DNA of 63,600 nucleotides, the filler included, from a bacterium (GTDB lineage: Bacteria > JALSQH01), in assembly GCA_026985515.1 (NCBI GenBank). It is 7 parts of 7 records of this genome, joined end to end, with 100 filler letters (N's around TTAATTAATTAA, not from the genome) between each part and the next. Parts side by side here need not be neighbours in the genome. Positions count along the whole stretch, not along the records: positions 51,052 to 58,745 come from JALSQH010000220.1; positions 58,846 to 63,600 come from JALSQH010000224.1; 5 more parts are not named here. One strand, 5' to 3'. Shown piece after piece: positions 54,116 to 63,438 of the stretch. Both the position numbers and the translations under genes were made by a program. The notes under the pieces were generated by a model that was given only the letters and a program-made list of their open reading frames with translations, was not told where the DNA came from and searched no databases. The stretch's first letter is position 1, and every line of letters starts with the position of its first letter.

Positions 54116-57100
54116 TCAACTGGATAGTAACTCCTGATAGAGGGAATCCAGTGCTCGCTGATAGTCGTAGCTTCTCTCCTCTATTTTGTCCATAATTTTT
54201 TCCAGCTCACGGGTAAATTCCTCCCTCACAAACCGGTAGAAATGTTCATTATTTTTCAATGCTTCAACAACTTCTATTCCAAGGGTAGTTGGTATTAAAA
54301 ACCCATTTTTGACGACAACATACTTCCTTTCAAGAAGTTTTTCAACAGTCACAGCATACGTTGAGGGTCTCCCAATACCTCTTTCCTTCATTTCTCTTAT
54401 TATTGAAGCAAAGGTGTAGTTGCTTACTGCAGACCTTGAATAAATCTTTACGTCCCCCAGATCATACTTACCTTCCTCTATTTTTTTTGTCTCCACCGGA
54501 TATATAACGGAAAATCCTGCGTCTTCAATTTTCGTAATGAAAGATTCTTCTTTTTCCATGTTGCCCCATATAAATTTAAATCTCTCTCTCAGAACCTTTG
54601 CCTCCCTCATCTGGGAAGCTATAAACCTTCTGAAAATCAAATCATAAACTCTCATATGATCAGGGGAAAGTTTCTGGTTCCTTGTAGCCACAAACTCCCT
54701 TATATCCTCACCATCAAGAGGTCTCGTTGGACGAATGCACTCGTGAGCACCACCAGCAGTTGAGAAACTTCTTCCTTTGAAAAGATCAGCAGAGAAATGA
54801 GTGACAATATACTCTCTGGCAACCTCTATACCGGTAGATGAAACCCTGATACTATCAGTTCTGTGATAGGTGATGAGACCCATTTCAAAAAGATCCTGGG
54901 CAATTTGCATAATTTTTCCCGGTGAGAAACCAAATTCTTTTGCAGCTTCTGAGAGAAGGGTATCGGTGGTAAAAGGTTTAACACTCATATCCACAGTAGT
55001 TGAGTCCACCCTGATAATATTCAATTTTTCTCTCTTTTGAAGTTTTTCTTCAAGATCCTTTTTGCTCTCAGATGTAAATTCAATTTCACTCCCATCAAAC
55101 ATCAATTTTGCAACCCAGATCTTCTTTTTCGATTCTTCATATCTTTTTACTATCCATTCAAGCACAGGCGTCTGAACTCTGCCCGCTGAAAGAGTGTTAC
55201 GATTGAATTTCTTCTGAATATACTGGGAAATTCTGAAACCTATCCATCTATCATAAACTCTTCTTGTTATCTGTGCCTTAACAAGATCAAGATCCATTTC
55301 TCTTGCTTCGCTGAGAGCTTTCAAAAAGGCTTTTCTTGTTACTTCATGAAATTCTGATCTTCTTATATTCAAATTGTAAGGACGCAGATTGAGAAAAAGG
55401 TCAAATCCTATCTTTTCTCCTTCAGTATCCGGATCAGTGGCAATAAATATCTCCTCCACTTCCAGAGCAAAGTTCCTCAGCGAGCGTATAATCTTTTCAC
55501 GATTTTCATCAAGGGGCTCAAAAACTGGCACATACTCATTCTTCTTCACCACACCATAGTATCCCTCATCTTTGTTCAGATCGCACACATGCCCCTTGCT
55601 TGCAACTATCAGGAGGTACCTGTCACCCACTGCTATTTCGTAACCATCAATGCCTTCCTTTCTCCTGCGAAGAGCCCTTCCAAAAAAGTTAGCAATTGTT
55701 CTGGCCTTATTGGGCGATTCAACCACTATCATGGTGGTTTTAAAGAAGTCTTTCCCCTCCTCAACTCCGGAAGGATTTTTCATGAGGGTTCTATCTCTGT
55801 CAATCTCCCTCAGAATCTCCCCAATATCTGCATCGGCACAGTTTGAAAATTCAATTTCTTCAAAATTCCACCTTATTTTCTTTCTCAGCAGGTTGAAAGC
55901 TCGCTCATCGTCCACCAGCACACATGATAGTCCTCTGCTCAATCCGCCAAAAAAGAGCCTTGAGGTCCTGCCCGAAGCCTGAATGTAACCAGTAATATCA
56001 GGTACAACAAAGTAAAATTCTCCCCCCCTTTCCACAAGGGAAATATCCTCACTCTTTCTGATTCTTTCAATAACTTCTCTGGAGTAGAGAATTTTCTTGA
56101 GGTAACTGATATATTTTTCCGGAATTTTTTCAACATTTCTAATTTCTTCGGCTATGTTCCTTAATTTTTCAATCTCTTCAGTAAAAATTCCTTCCCGTCT
56201 TAACACAGGAATCAATATCATTAAAAGATAAAAAAGCTGAATGGGGCTCTCTTCCATATTAATCCTGATTTCACTTCGCGGGACCCCCATGAAAATTGCA
56301 TACCGGACAACCTCGGGAAGATCAAGACCTCTTGCAATTGGATTTTTGTAAGTACCATAGGCAATTATAACTTTAACTTTTCCCTTCAAAAAATCTTCCA
56401 CTTTTTCCTCAAATTCATGATACAGAATCGCCTCAACTCCCCTTTTCCTTAAAAAATCCCTGAATTGCTCAAGATGACCCTTTTCAGATATTGCCGGGAA
56501 AAATATCAGGCCACCACTTCCAAACTTCTCTATTAGACGGTATGCCTCATCAAAAATCCGTGAAGGTTCAACAGGGAGAAAAAGATCATGTACATTTCTC
56601 ATGAGAAGATGAACTCTCCCCACTTCAAAATCCAGAAGTTCTCTGAAGAGATTTACTCTGCTGGATCTGGGACTTGATGTTGCAGAGGATACTGCCAGAT
56701 TTCCTCTTTTCTTTCTCTTTATCCAGTCAATCCTCTTTACCATATGCTCTATTCTGGACAGGTCACCTCCACTCTGTACCAGCTTTCTCTTCTTAAAAAT
56801 GTATTTCATGGCAAAAGAAATATCCTTTTCCGTGAAATTCAGAAGCATTAACAGCCTGTCAATATTCCTTCCAGATTTGAGTACACTGTCTATATCATCA
56901 ACAAAGACAAAAGAATAAATTCCCCGGGGTATCAGGTCAATATTTCTGTAGAGGAACATGTTGGTGGTTATAAGGATTTTAAAGTCCTCCTCCGCTATTC
57001 TCTCCTTTACTTTCCCCAGAAACTTTTTGCCACCATTAGCCGGAATATATGCAACGATATCTTCTTCATTAACACCAAACTTTTTCAATCTATCATATGC

Positions 57101-57496
57101 CTGTTCCACAAGTATCTGGGTCGGGAAAAGAAGATAACTCTTTTCTCCCCTGGATGCCAGAAAATATGCAAGAAGCAACCCAAAGGTCGTTTTACCAACA
57201 CCTGTTGGAGCTATCATTGCAAAGGAGTTTCCCAGAAAAAATTTCTTTGCCCAGTTCCTCTGGAGATTGTTGGGAGAGAAACCTGTCTTTTCTCTGAAAA
57301 AAGCAAAAAATTCTTCCTCTCTTTTTTTCTCCTCACATAATTGAATCATCTCACCACTTTTCAGAAAATCACAAACCTCCTCCCTCAACACTCTCTTCTC
57401 AATGCATCTTTCACAGGGCAATCCCTCCCACAATCTCTCTGAGGAAATATCCCCTCCGCAATTTGGACATAAACGCTTATAGATAAGTGGTAGCAT
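54116..57496 (-). CDS. rgy: Reverse gyrase
   Basis: N-terminal CPNC...CERC; helicase APTGVGKT, DDID, YIQASGRTSR; topo IA VESPNKA, ATDPDTEGE, SAGRVQTP, GLITYHRTD, GIGRPSTY. Confidence 0.97.
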   Translation of the reverse strand: MLPLIYKRLCPNCGGDISSERLWEGLPCERCIEKRVLREEVCDFLKSGEMIQLCEEKKREEEFFAFFREKTGFSPNNLQRNWAKKFFLGNSFAMIAPTGVGKTTFGLLLAYFLASRGEKSYLLFPTQILVEQAYDRLKKFGVNEEDIVAYIPANGGKKFLGKVKERIAEEDFKILITTNMFLYRNIDLIPRGIYSFVFVDDIDSVLKSGRNIDRLLMLLNFTEKDISFAMKYIFKKRKLVQSGGDLSRIEHMVKRIDWIKRKKRGNLAVSSATSSPRSSRVNLFRELLDFEVGRVHLLMRNVHDLFLPVEPSRIFDEAYRLIEKFGSGGLIFFPAISEKGHLEQFRDFLRKRGVEAILYHEFEEKVEDFLKGKVKVIIAYGTYKNPIARGLDLPEVVRYAIFMGVPRSEIRINMEESPIQLFYLLMILIPVLRREGIFTEEIEKLRNIAEEIRNVEKIPEKYISYLKKILYSREVIERIRKSEDISLVERGGEFYFVVPDITGYIQASGRTSRLFFGGLSRGLSCVLVDDERAFNLLRKKIRWNFEEIEFSNCADADIGEILREIDRDRTLMKNPSGVEEGKDFFKTTMIVVESPNKARTIANFFGRALRRRKEGIDGYEIAVGDRYLLIVASKGHVCDLNKDEGYYGVVKKNEYVPVFEPLDENREKIIRSLRNFALEVEEIFIATDPDTEGEKIGFDLFLNLRPYNLNIRRSEFHEVTRKAFLKALSEAREMDLDLVKAQITRRVYDRWIGFRISQYIQKKFNRNTLSAGRVQTPVLEWIVKRYEESKKKIWVAKLMFDGSEIEFTSESKKDLEEKLQKREKLNIIRVDSTTVDMSVKPFTTDTLLSEAAKEFGFSPGKIMQIAQDLFEMGLITYHRTDSIRVSSTGIEVAREYIVTHFSADLFKGRSFSTAGGAHECIRPTRPLDGEDIREFVATRNQKLSPDHMRVYDLIFRRFIASQMREAKVLRERFKFIWGNMEKEESFITKIEDAGFSVIYPVETKKIEEGKYDLGDVKIYSRSAVSNYTFASIIREMKERGIGRPSTYAVTVEKLLERKYVVVKNGFLIPTTLGIEVVEALKNNEHFYRFVREEFTRELEKIMDKIEERSYDYQRALDSLYQELLSS

Positions 57497-57545
57497 GGGA
57501 ATATTTTAACATATTATTCACGGATTTGCTTAGGGGAATTGTCTA

Positions 57546-57890
57546 TTAGAAACTCCTGAAAATTTCAATCAAATTATATACAAGTCCAATTATACTAATT
57601 TGTCTTATTGAGGAAAAGACGAAAATTTTACCAGGCACTTCTCTCCTTGATACAAAACACAACTTTTTGTCACATGTTTCTATGCATATTGTAAAGTCTC
57701 CTTTATATTTCAGTGATTTAGCAATATCATCAGAAAATTCGAAAACAAACTTTTGTATTTCTTCTCTCTGCAAAAACTCTCCGAAGACAAAATCAACCTC
57801 TCTCCTCTCTGCATCAGCAATCAAGAGATTATCAAGGTCAAATTCTTTAATCAAACTGTTAAACAATTTTTCTACGTCAGAAGGTTTCAT
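57546..57890 (-). CDS. Divergent roadblock-like protein; paralog of 33981-34316
   Basis: SLIKEFDLDNLLIADA...FVFGE matches the paralog; same gene order. Confidence 0.55.
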   Translation of the reverse strand: MKPSDVEKLFNSLIKEFDLDNLLIADAERREVDFVFGEFLQREEIQKFVFEFSDDIAKSLKYKGDFTICIETCDKKLCFVSRREVPGKIFVFSSIRQISIIGLVYNLIEIFRSF

Positions 57891-58548
57891 TGCACTTATT
57901 AAAGACGTGCAAAAACCTCTTTAACTCAACCTTTGCAAGTTCTATCGGAAAAGTCTTCTCAAACATGAAAATCCCTGCAAAATCTTTTTTATAACCTAAC
58001 ATTATTAAATTTTGTTCTTCGTAATCAACAGTTGTAAAAGATACTTCCCCTGTAGAAATCAATTTAAGGAATCTGTTAAAGTACACCATAAAACTCTCAA
58101 GGACCTTATTATCCCATACCAAATTCAAATTCTCACTAACAGAAAGAAAGGATCGCTTTAAGAAATCATAAAAGATCACTCCTCTAATATGAGAACCATA
58201 ATCGCTTTTTAAATTATTAGCCGTCTTTCTTACCCATGATAAAAATAGAGATTCAACTTCACTTTCCTTCTTATTCCTTATCCATACAAAAGCCCTGTTG
58301 TGGAGTAATGCAACCAACTTCCTTACCCCTGATACCAACCTGGTATCCGATATGGATATATCTTCATAAAACTTTTTAAAAGAAGCAAAATCTGTATATA
58401 TAATATCCCCTTTATCAAAAACATTTGTAACAACTACTTTTTTGGTGGGTAATACCTCTGTCTGTACGTGATAAATCTTTCCTTTATGTTCAATATTTGA
58501 ATTAAGACCTCCAATTCTGCCAATATCCCTCTCTTTAATTGCTTTCAT
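57877..58548 (-). CDS. RomY-like N-terminal domain fused to roadblock-like domain; paralog of 34332-35003
   Basis: GLNSNIEHKGKIYHVQTEVLP...DFASFKKFY; both paralogs are 223 aa. Confidence 0.55.
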   Translation of the reverse strand: MKAIKERDIGRIGGLNSNIEHKGKIYHVQTEVLPTKKVVVTNVFDKGDIIYTDFASFKKFYEDISISDTRLVSGVRKLVALLHNRAFVWIRNKKESEVESLFLSWVRKTANNLKSDYGSHIRGVIFYDFLKRSFLSVSENLNLVWDNKVLESFMVYFNRFLKLISTGEVSFTTVDYEEQNLIMLGYKKDFAGIFMFEKTFPIELAKVELKRFLHVFNKCNETF

Positions 58549-58601
58549 TATCTCCCACCTCTTTTACCATTATGTATTTAAAAACATTAACTTACTGAAC
58601 A

Positions 58602-58630
58602 ATTATATACACTTCTTTGCAAAAAATCAA
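58602..58630 (-). promoter_or_regulatory. Sigma70-type promoter of the second RomY-like cassette
   Basis: TTGATT (58630-58625), 17 nt, TATAAT (58607-58602). Confidence 0.6.
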
Positions 58631-58705
58631 CCCTACGCTTTAGCTCAAAAATAATCTTACCGAAAAAGGTGGTGTTTACTCAGAAAAATTCCCATAATAA
58701 AATTC

Positions 58706-58733
58706 GTGGCCGCACCAAGAAAGGCACGGCCAC
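58706..58733 (-). terminator. GC-rich hairpin, probable terminator of a gene beyond the gap
   Basis: Minus strand GTGGCCGTGCC-TTTCTT-GGTGCGGCCAC (11 bp with two G-U pairs) then GAATTTTATT. Confidence 0.5.
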
Positions 58734-58745
58734 ATCAAAACATAA

Positions 58746-58845
58746 NNNNNNNNNNNNNNNNNNNNNNNNNNNNNNNNNNNNNNNNNNNNTTAATTAATTA
58801 ANNNNNNNNNNNNNNNNNNNNNNNNNNNNNNNNNNNNNNNNNNNN
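58746..58845. other. Artificial scaffold spacer
   Basis: N run, TTAATTAATTAA, N run. Confidence 0.98.
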
Positions 58846-58847
58846 CC

Positions 58848-59270
58848 AGAAAAGAGCGACTGAATCATGAGATTGCACAGGTTGAATCAGAGATAAAGAG
58901 GTTAAGGGAAATCACCAAGAAAATTAAACCCACACAGAATAAGAAGGCAGAACTGCAGGAAAAGTTGAAAGTCATTGCTTCTCTGGAAGGTAACAGACTT
59001 TTTCCCGTTAAAGTTCTTGATAAATTATCCAATGCTGCTCCCAATCAGTTATGGTTTACCAAACTTGTTTTTGCCAACGGATCTATTAAAATAACAGGAA
59101 AGGCCCTTGATCACAGGCTGGTAGCGGAGTTTGTGAAGAATCTGGAAAAAATTAAGTATTTCAAAGACATAGAAATTGGGGGTACCACTCTTGTTACAAA
59201 AGGTCCATGGAATCTGGTAAATTTCAATATTTCTATGAAGGTGCAAAATATCTCTAATTCTACAGGTTGA
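58848..59270 (+). CDS. pilN: Type IV pilus assembly protein PilN, 5' end truncated
   Basis: Coiled coil, then PNQLWFTKL...ITGKA...VAEFVKNLE; precedes pilO. Confidence 0.85.
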   Translation, partial: RKERLNHEIAQVESEIKRLREITKKIKPTQNKKAELQEKLKVIASLEGNRLFPVKVLDKLSNAAPNQLWFTKLVFANGSIKITGKALDHRLVAEFVKNLEKIKYFKDIEIGGTTLVTKGPWNLVNFNISMKVQNISNSTG

Positions 59271-59277
59271 GGGTTTT

Positions 59278-59913
59278 ATGGATAGAATAGAAGAATACTT
59301 GATGAGAATTGTTAGATTACCATTACCACAGAAGCTTGGGATTCTCGGTGGGATTTTGCTTTTGATCTTTATTCTTTACTATTACCTTTTCTATATTCCA
59401 GTCCTCCACGAGGTTCAGGATCTTGAAAGTACCCTTGAAACCAGGAAACAGGAAATGCTGAAGGAAAAAAGCAGGGCTGATGATCTTCCAAGGTATGAAG
59501 AGGAACTCAGAAGATTACAGGAAAAGCTTAGCGAAGCCATTGCCAAGTTGCCCAACAAGGCTGAAATTGCACAGCTTCTTATCGATATTCCTAATGTAGC
59601 GAATGAGTTGAATCTTGAAATAGTGAGATTTGAGCCCCGACCAGAGGTTAAGAAACCGGGTCAGTTCGTCGCCGAAGTTCCTCTCATTATTGAAGTGAAA
59701 GGGACCTTTAAAAGTATCATGAAATTTTTTGAGAAGATCGGAAAACTGCCAAGAATAGTCAATATCAGAGACATCTCTATTCATTCCACAGGGAAAACGA
59801 ATGACCTGGGTCAGGTGATAGTTGATGCCAGGTTTACAGCAGTAACCTACAGGTATCTTTCTGAACAGGAAAAAAAGCAGTTACAGAAGAAGGGAAAGAA
59901 GAGAAAGAGGTAA
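59278..59913 (+). CDS. pilO: Type IV pilus assembly protein PilO
   Basis: TM plus coiled coil, LPNKAEIAQLL, KLPRIVNI, AVTYRY. Confidence 0.92.
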   Translation: MDRIEEYLMRIVRLPLPQKLGILGGILLLIFILYYYLFYIPVLHEVQDLESTLETRKQEMLKEKSRADDLPRYEEELRRLQEKLSEAIAKLPNKAEIAQLLIDIPNVANELNLEIVRFEPRPEVKKPGQFVAEVPLIIEVKGTFKSIMKFFEKIGKLPRIVNIRDISIHSTGKTNDLGQVIVDARFTAVTYRYLSEQEKKQLQKKGKKRKR

Positions 59914-59917
59914 GAAT

Positions 59918-60454
59918 ATGAACATTCATAAGAGTTTTTGGTTGTCTCTACTTATCTTTCTTATAGTTGTTTCCGTTGGATCCGGGTGTGGTAAAAAAGA
60001 AGAAGAAAAGCTCCCCGTGCCTGGTGCTCATAAAAGAGTTGCCAGAAAAGTAGAGTTGGCGAAACCGGTAACTTCCGCAACCAGGAAAAAGAGTGTGTAT
60101 GTTTATGATATGTTCAGATCCCGAGATCCTTTCCAGCCTTACATATCTGCCAGAAGAGTTAAACTTAACACCGGACCTATTGTGCATCCATTACAGAAGT
60201 ATGATCTGAGTAGCTTATCCTTAAAAGGTATTGTATGGGGAATTTCCAGCCCCACAGCATTAATTGAAACCCCTGATGGTAAAGGTTATTCTGTTCGTGT
60301 GGGAACTCCCATAGGAAAAAATGGTGGAAAAGTGTGGAAGATTTTACCTGACAAAGTTATTATTCTTGAAAAGTATGTGGACTACAAGGGAGAAATCAAA
60401 ACAAGAAAAGTTTATCTAAAATTACCAGAAAAAGAAGAAGGAGTGACTCCATGA
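59918..60454 (+). CDS. pilP: Type IV pilus assembly lipoprotein PilP
   Basis: Lipobox GSGC, RDPFQP, PLQKYDLSSLSLKGIVW, GTPIGKNGG. Confidence 0.92.
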   Translation: MNIHKSFWLSLLIFLIVVSVGSGCGKKEEEKLPVPGAHKRVARKVELAKPVTSATRKKSVYVYDMFRSRDPFQPYISARRVKLNTGPIVHPLQKYDLSSLSLKGIVWGISSPTALIETPDGKGYSVRVGTPIGKNGGKVWKILPDKVIILEKYVDYKGEIKTRKVYLKLPEKEEGVTP

Positions 60455-63426
60455 GGGCAAAGAAGTTTTTTGGAACACTGTTAATACTTTTACTTATTGC
60501 GGGATGTGGTGGGATCAGGCCCGACCTCAACAGGGTTACAGATTTTAAAGTCCTGCGAACTCATCAGGGAATTCTTATGATAATCAGGGGTACCAGACAT
60601 CCTACCTATACCGTTTTCAGACTTGAGAATCCTCCGAGAATTGTTGTGGATATTGCCTATACTGATGTTGGAAAATTATCCAGATCCTACAGGATAAAGG
60701 ATGCGATTATAAAAGGTGTCAAAATTTATCAATATGGTAATAATGCTGCAAATGTAGCCCGTTTCGAGTTGTATCTTAAAACAATGAAGGAGTATCTGCC
60801 AGAGGTAAAAGATGATACGCTCTACCTGTTCTTTCCTGCCGGTAAATTGCAGGAGAACGCATCAGTTGACAATCCACCATTGAAGATTGCACAGGAGGAG
60901 GGAGAAAATATCCTTGAAGAGGACGAGGGATTGTTTGAAGAAACCATTGGTGAGACAACTTCACCAACTGAAAATACAGCCAGTGCAACTGAGGCCAGAC
61001 CTGCCACGGAAGAAACTGCAAAAGCTCCACCAGAAGTAACATCTGAAGCTGCAGCAGAAGAAAAGGAAGTTGAAAAAGCTCCTGCTCCGGAAACGGAGGA
61101 GGCAGTCACAGAAGAAAAAGAGGTAACTACAGTTACAGAAGCGCAGGAAGTTGCTGAAAAAACACCTCCTCCTGTAAGTGCGCCAGTGAAAGCCACTGGA
61201 ACAGCTGAAGTTTCTCCTCCAGCTCCGGAGAAAGTGGAGAAAAAGGCTCCTGCACAGCCTGCACCTGCTCCAGTTGTTACAGAGAAAACCGAGGAGGTAC
61301 CGGAAGAATTGAAGGAGCAAAAGGAACTTGAAGAGAAGGCTCTAACACCAACCACAACGGAAGAAATGGAAGAAACTGCCCCAACACCACCTCCACCACC
61401 TCCATCTGCACCTGAGAAGGTTGAAAAGAAACCCAAGGTAGCTGATAAGATCCTGGATATAAATGTTGAGAGACTGGAAAACAGCACTCTTATCAGAATT
61501 GTGGGAAATGGCCCCATAGGGAATTACAATGTGTTTAAACTTTCTAACCCTGCCAGACTTGTTGTTGATCTCTGGAATGTTGGTAATCTATTTCCCACGA
61601 ACCAGCTTTATCTGGATACTCCCACTATCAAGGAATTAAGACTGGGTCAGCATCCGGAAAAATTAAGAGTTGTTATTGAATTTAAAACGCCTGATGTACC
61701 AGATTATAATGTAGAGAAAAAAGATGATTCCCTTGAATTGACGGTAAGTGAGATTCCTCCAGCTGTCGCGAAAACGCCTGAGGAAGAAAGAAAAGAACTT
61801 GAAGCAAGAGCGCTGGGAAAAATTCCTTCTGCTCCTGAAGAGATTACTCCTGTAACTCCACCGCCACCTCCACCTCCTCAGAAGAAACCTGTAGTTACTC
61901 CTCCAGCAGAAGTTATACCACCTGCTGGACCCAAACCTGCGGGACCACTCCCAGGTGTAAGAAAAAAAGTGGAAAAAAAGCCAGCTGAAAAACCTATAAT
62001 TCCAGCAACAATTCACAAAATTGCCCAGCCTCAGGTGCCTCAAGTAATGACGCCGCCGCCTGAGGAAGAAATCAGCAGAGTAAAGTTTAAGGCACCCAGA
62101 AAAATATATAGAGGAAGAAGGATCTCCCTTGATTTCAAGGATGCAGATATCCACAATGTGTTGAGATTACTTGCAGAAGTCAGCAACCTCAATATTATTG
62201 CAAGTTCTGATGTTAAAGGAAAAGTTACGGTTAGAATGGTCAATGTTCCCTGGGATCAGGCTCTGGATGTAATATTGCAAACTCTGGGACTTGGCTATGT
62301 GAGAATAGGAAATGTAATAAGAGTTGCACCAAGAAAGGAGCTTGAGCAGGAAGAAAAGGAACGCCTTGAAGCCCTTAAAAGCAAACGGGAACTTGAGCCT
62401 CTGTATGTTAAAATTATCCCGGTTAACTATGGTAAAGCCTCAGAAATTGCCAAACAGGTCAAACCTCTTCTTAGTAAAAGAGGATCTGTGAGTGTTGATG
62501 AAAGAACGAATGTGATCATCGTTAAGGATATAATGAGAAATATAAAGGAAGTTGAGACTCTTGTACATAACCTTGATACCCAGACCCCTCAGGTTCTTAT
62601 AGAAGCAAGGATTGTGGAAGCCACAACCAATTTTTCTCAGGAACTTGGAATTCAGTGGGGAGGTAAAATTGCTTTTGGAGCAGCTTATGGTACTCCCACA
62701 GGATTGAATTTCCCCGCCAGTGGAGTTATGGCTGGTTACAATCCAACTGCGGGAGCTGGAGCAGGTGGAGGCGGAGGAGGTGCTGCCGGTACGACCAATG
62801 TTGGTACTCTGAACAGCGGATATGTTGTTGATCTCCCTGCTGCTATTGCTGCAGGTGCTGCTACAAGTCTGGGACTTGTGCTTGGTTCAATTAACAACTC
62901 CAGTGTGCTTGATATGAGATTGTCTGCCATAGAAGACGCTGGAGAGGGTAGAATTATTTCAAGTCCAAGAATAACAACAATGGACAACAGGGAGGCAATT
63001 ATTGAACAGGGTTATTCAATCCCCTATGAAACTGTTTCACAGCAGGGGACACAGACACAGTTTATAGATGCCACCTTAAAGTTGAAAGTGACGCCGCACA
63101 TTACAGCTGATAGAAACATAATTCTCGATCTTGATATTACAAAGAATGCTCCAGAGACAAGTATTACAAGCAGATTCGGGATTCCAAGCATTTCCAAGAA
63201 AGAGGCAAAAACACAGATCTTGCTTCACGATGGCGAAACAGCCGTAATTGGTGGAATTTTCCAGATTGAAAAATCGAAGAGCAGGGTTGGTGTTCCTTTC
63301 CTCTCAAAGATACCTGTCATTGGATGGTTGTTCAGAAGAAGTCACACAGAGGATAAGAGGACTGAGTTGCTGATTTTCCTTACTCCGCGTATTATTCAGA
63401 AGAATGTGGAAGCAAACAATAAATAA
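60451..63426 (+). CDS. pilQ: Type IV pilus secretin PilQ with two AMIN domains and long Pro/Glu/Thr linkers
   Basis: NPPRIVVDI and NPARLVVDL (AMIN), ISLDFKDADI, VPWDQALD, QVLIEARIVEA, VPFLSKIPVIGWLF, ELLIFLTPRI. Confidence 0.96.
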   Translation: MRAKKFFGTLLILLLIAGCGGIRPDLNRVTDFKVLRTHQGILMIIRGTRHPTYTVFRLENPPRIVVDIAYTDVGKLSRSYRIKDAIIKGVKIYQYGNNAANVARFELYLKTMKEYLPEVKDDTLYLFFPAGKLQENASVDNPPLKIAQEEGENILEEDEGLFEETIGETTSPTENTASATEARPATEETAKAPPEVTSEAAAEEKEVEKAPAPETEEAVTEEKEVTTVTEAQEVAEKTPPPVSAPVKATGTAEVSPPAPEKVEKKAPAQPAPAPVVTEKTEEVPEELKEQKELEEKALTPTTTEEMEETAPTPPPPPPSAPEKVEKKPKVADKILDINVERLENSTLIRIVGNGPIGNYNVFKLSNPARLVVDLWNVGNLFPTNQLYLDTPTIKELRLGQHPEKLRVVIEFKTPDVPDYNVEKKDDSLELTVSEIPPAVAKTPEEERKELEARALGKIPSAPEEITPVTPPPPPPPQKKPVVTPPAEVIPPAGPKPAGPLPGVRKKVEKKPAEKPIIPATIHKIAQPQVPQVMTPPPEEEISRVKFKAPRKIYRGRRISLDFKDADIHNVLRLLAEVSNLNIIASSDVKGKVTVRMVNVPWDQALDVILQTLGLGYVRIGNVIRVAPRKELEQEEKERLEALKSKRELEPLYVKIIPVNYGKASEIAKQVKPLLSKRGSVSVDERTNVIIVKDIMRNIKEVETLVHNLDTQTPQVLIEARIVEATTNFSQELGIQWGGKIAFGAAYGTPTGLNFPASGVMAGYNPTAGAGAGGGGGGAAGTTNVGTLNSGYVVDLPAAIAAGAATSLGLVLGSINNSSVLDMRLSAIEDAGEGRIISSPRITTMDNREAIIEQGYSIPYETVSQQGTQTQFIDATLKLKVTPHITADRNIILDLDITKNAPETSITSRFGIPSISKKEAKTQILLHDGETAVIGGIFQIEKSKSRVGVPFLSKIPVIGWLFRRSHTEDKRTELLIFLTPRIIQKNVEANNK

Positions 63427-63438
63427 GGGGAGAATAAA

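Noticed and set aside
60822-61517. 231-aa Ser/Gly/Ala-rich minus-strand ORF
   Set aside because: Mirror of the low-complexity PilQ linker, which lacks antisense stop codons
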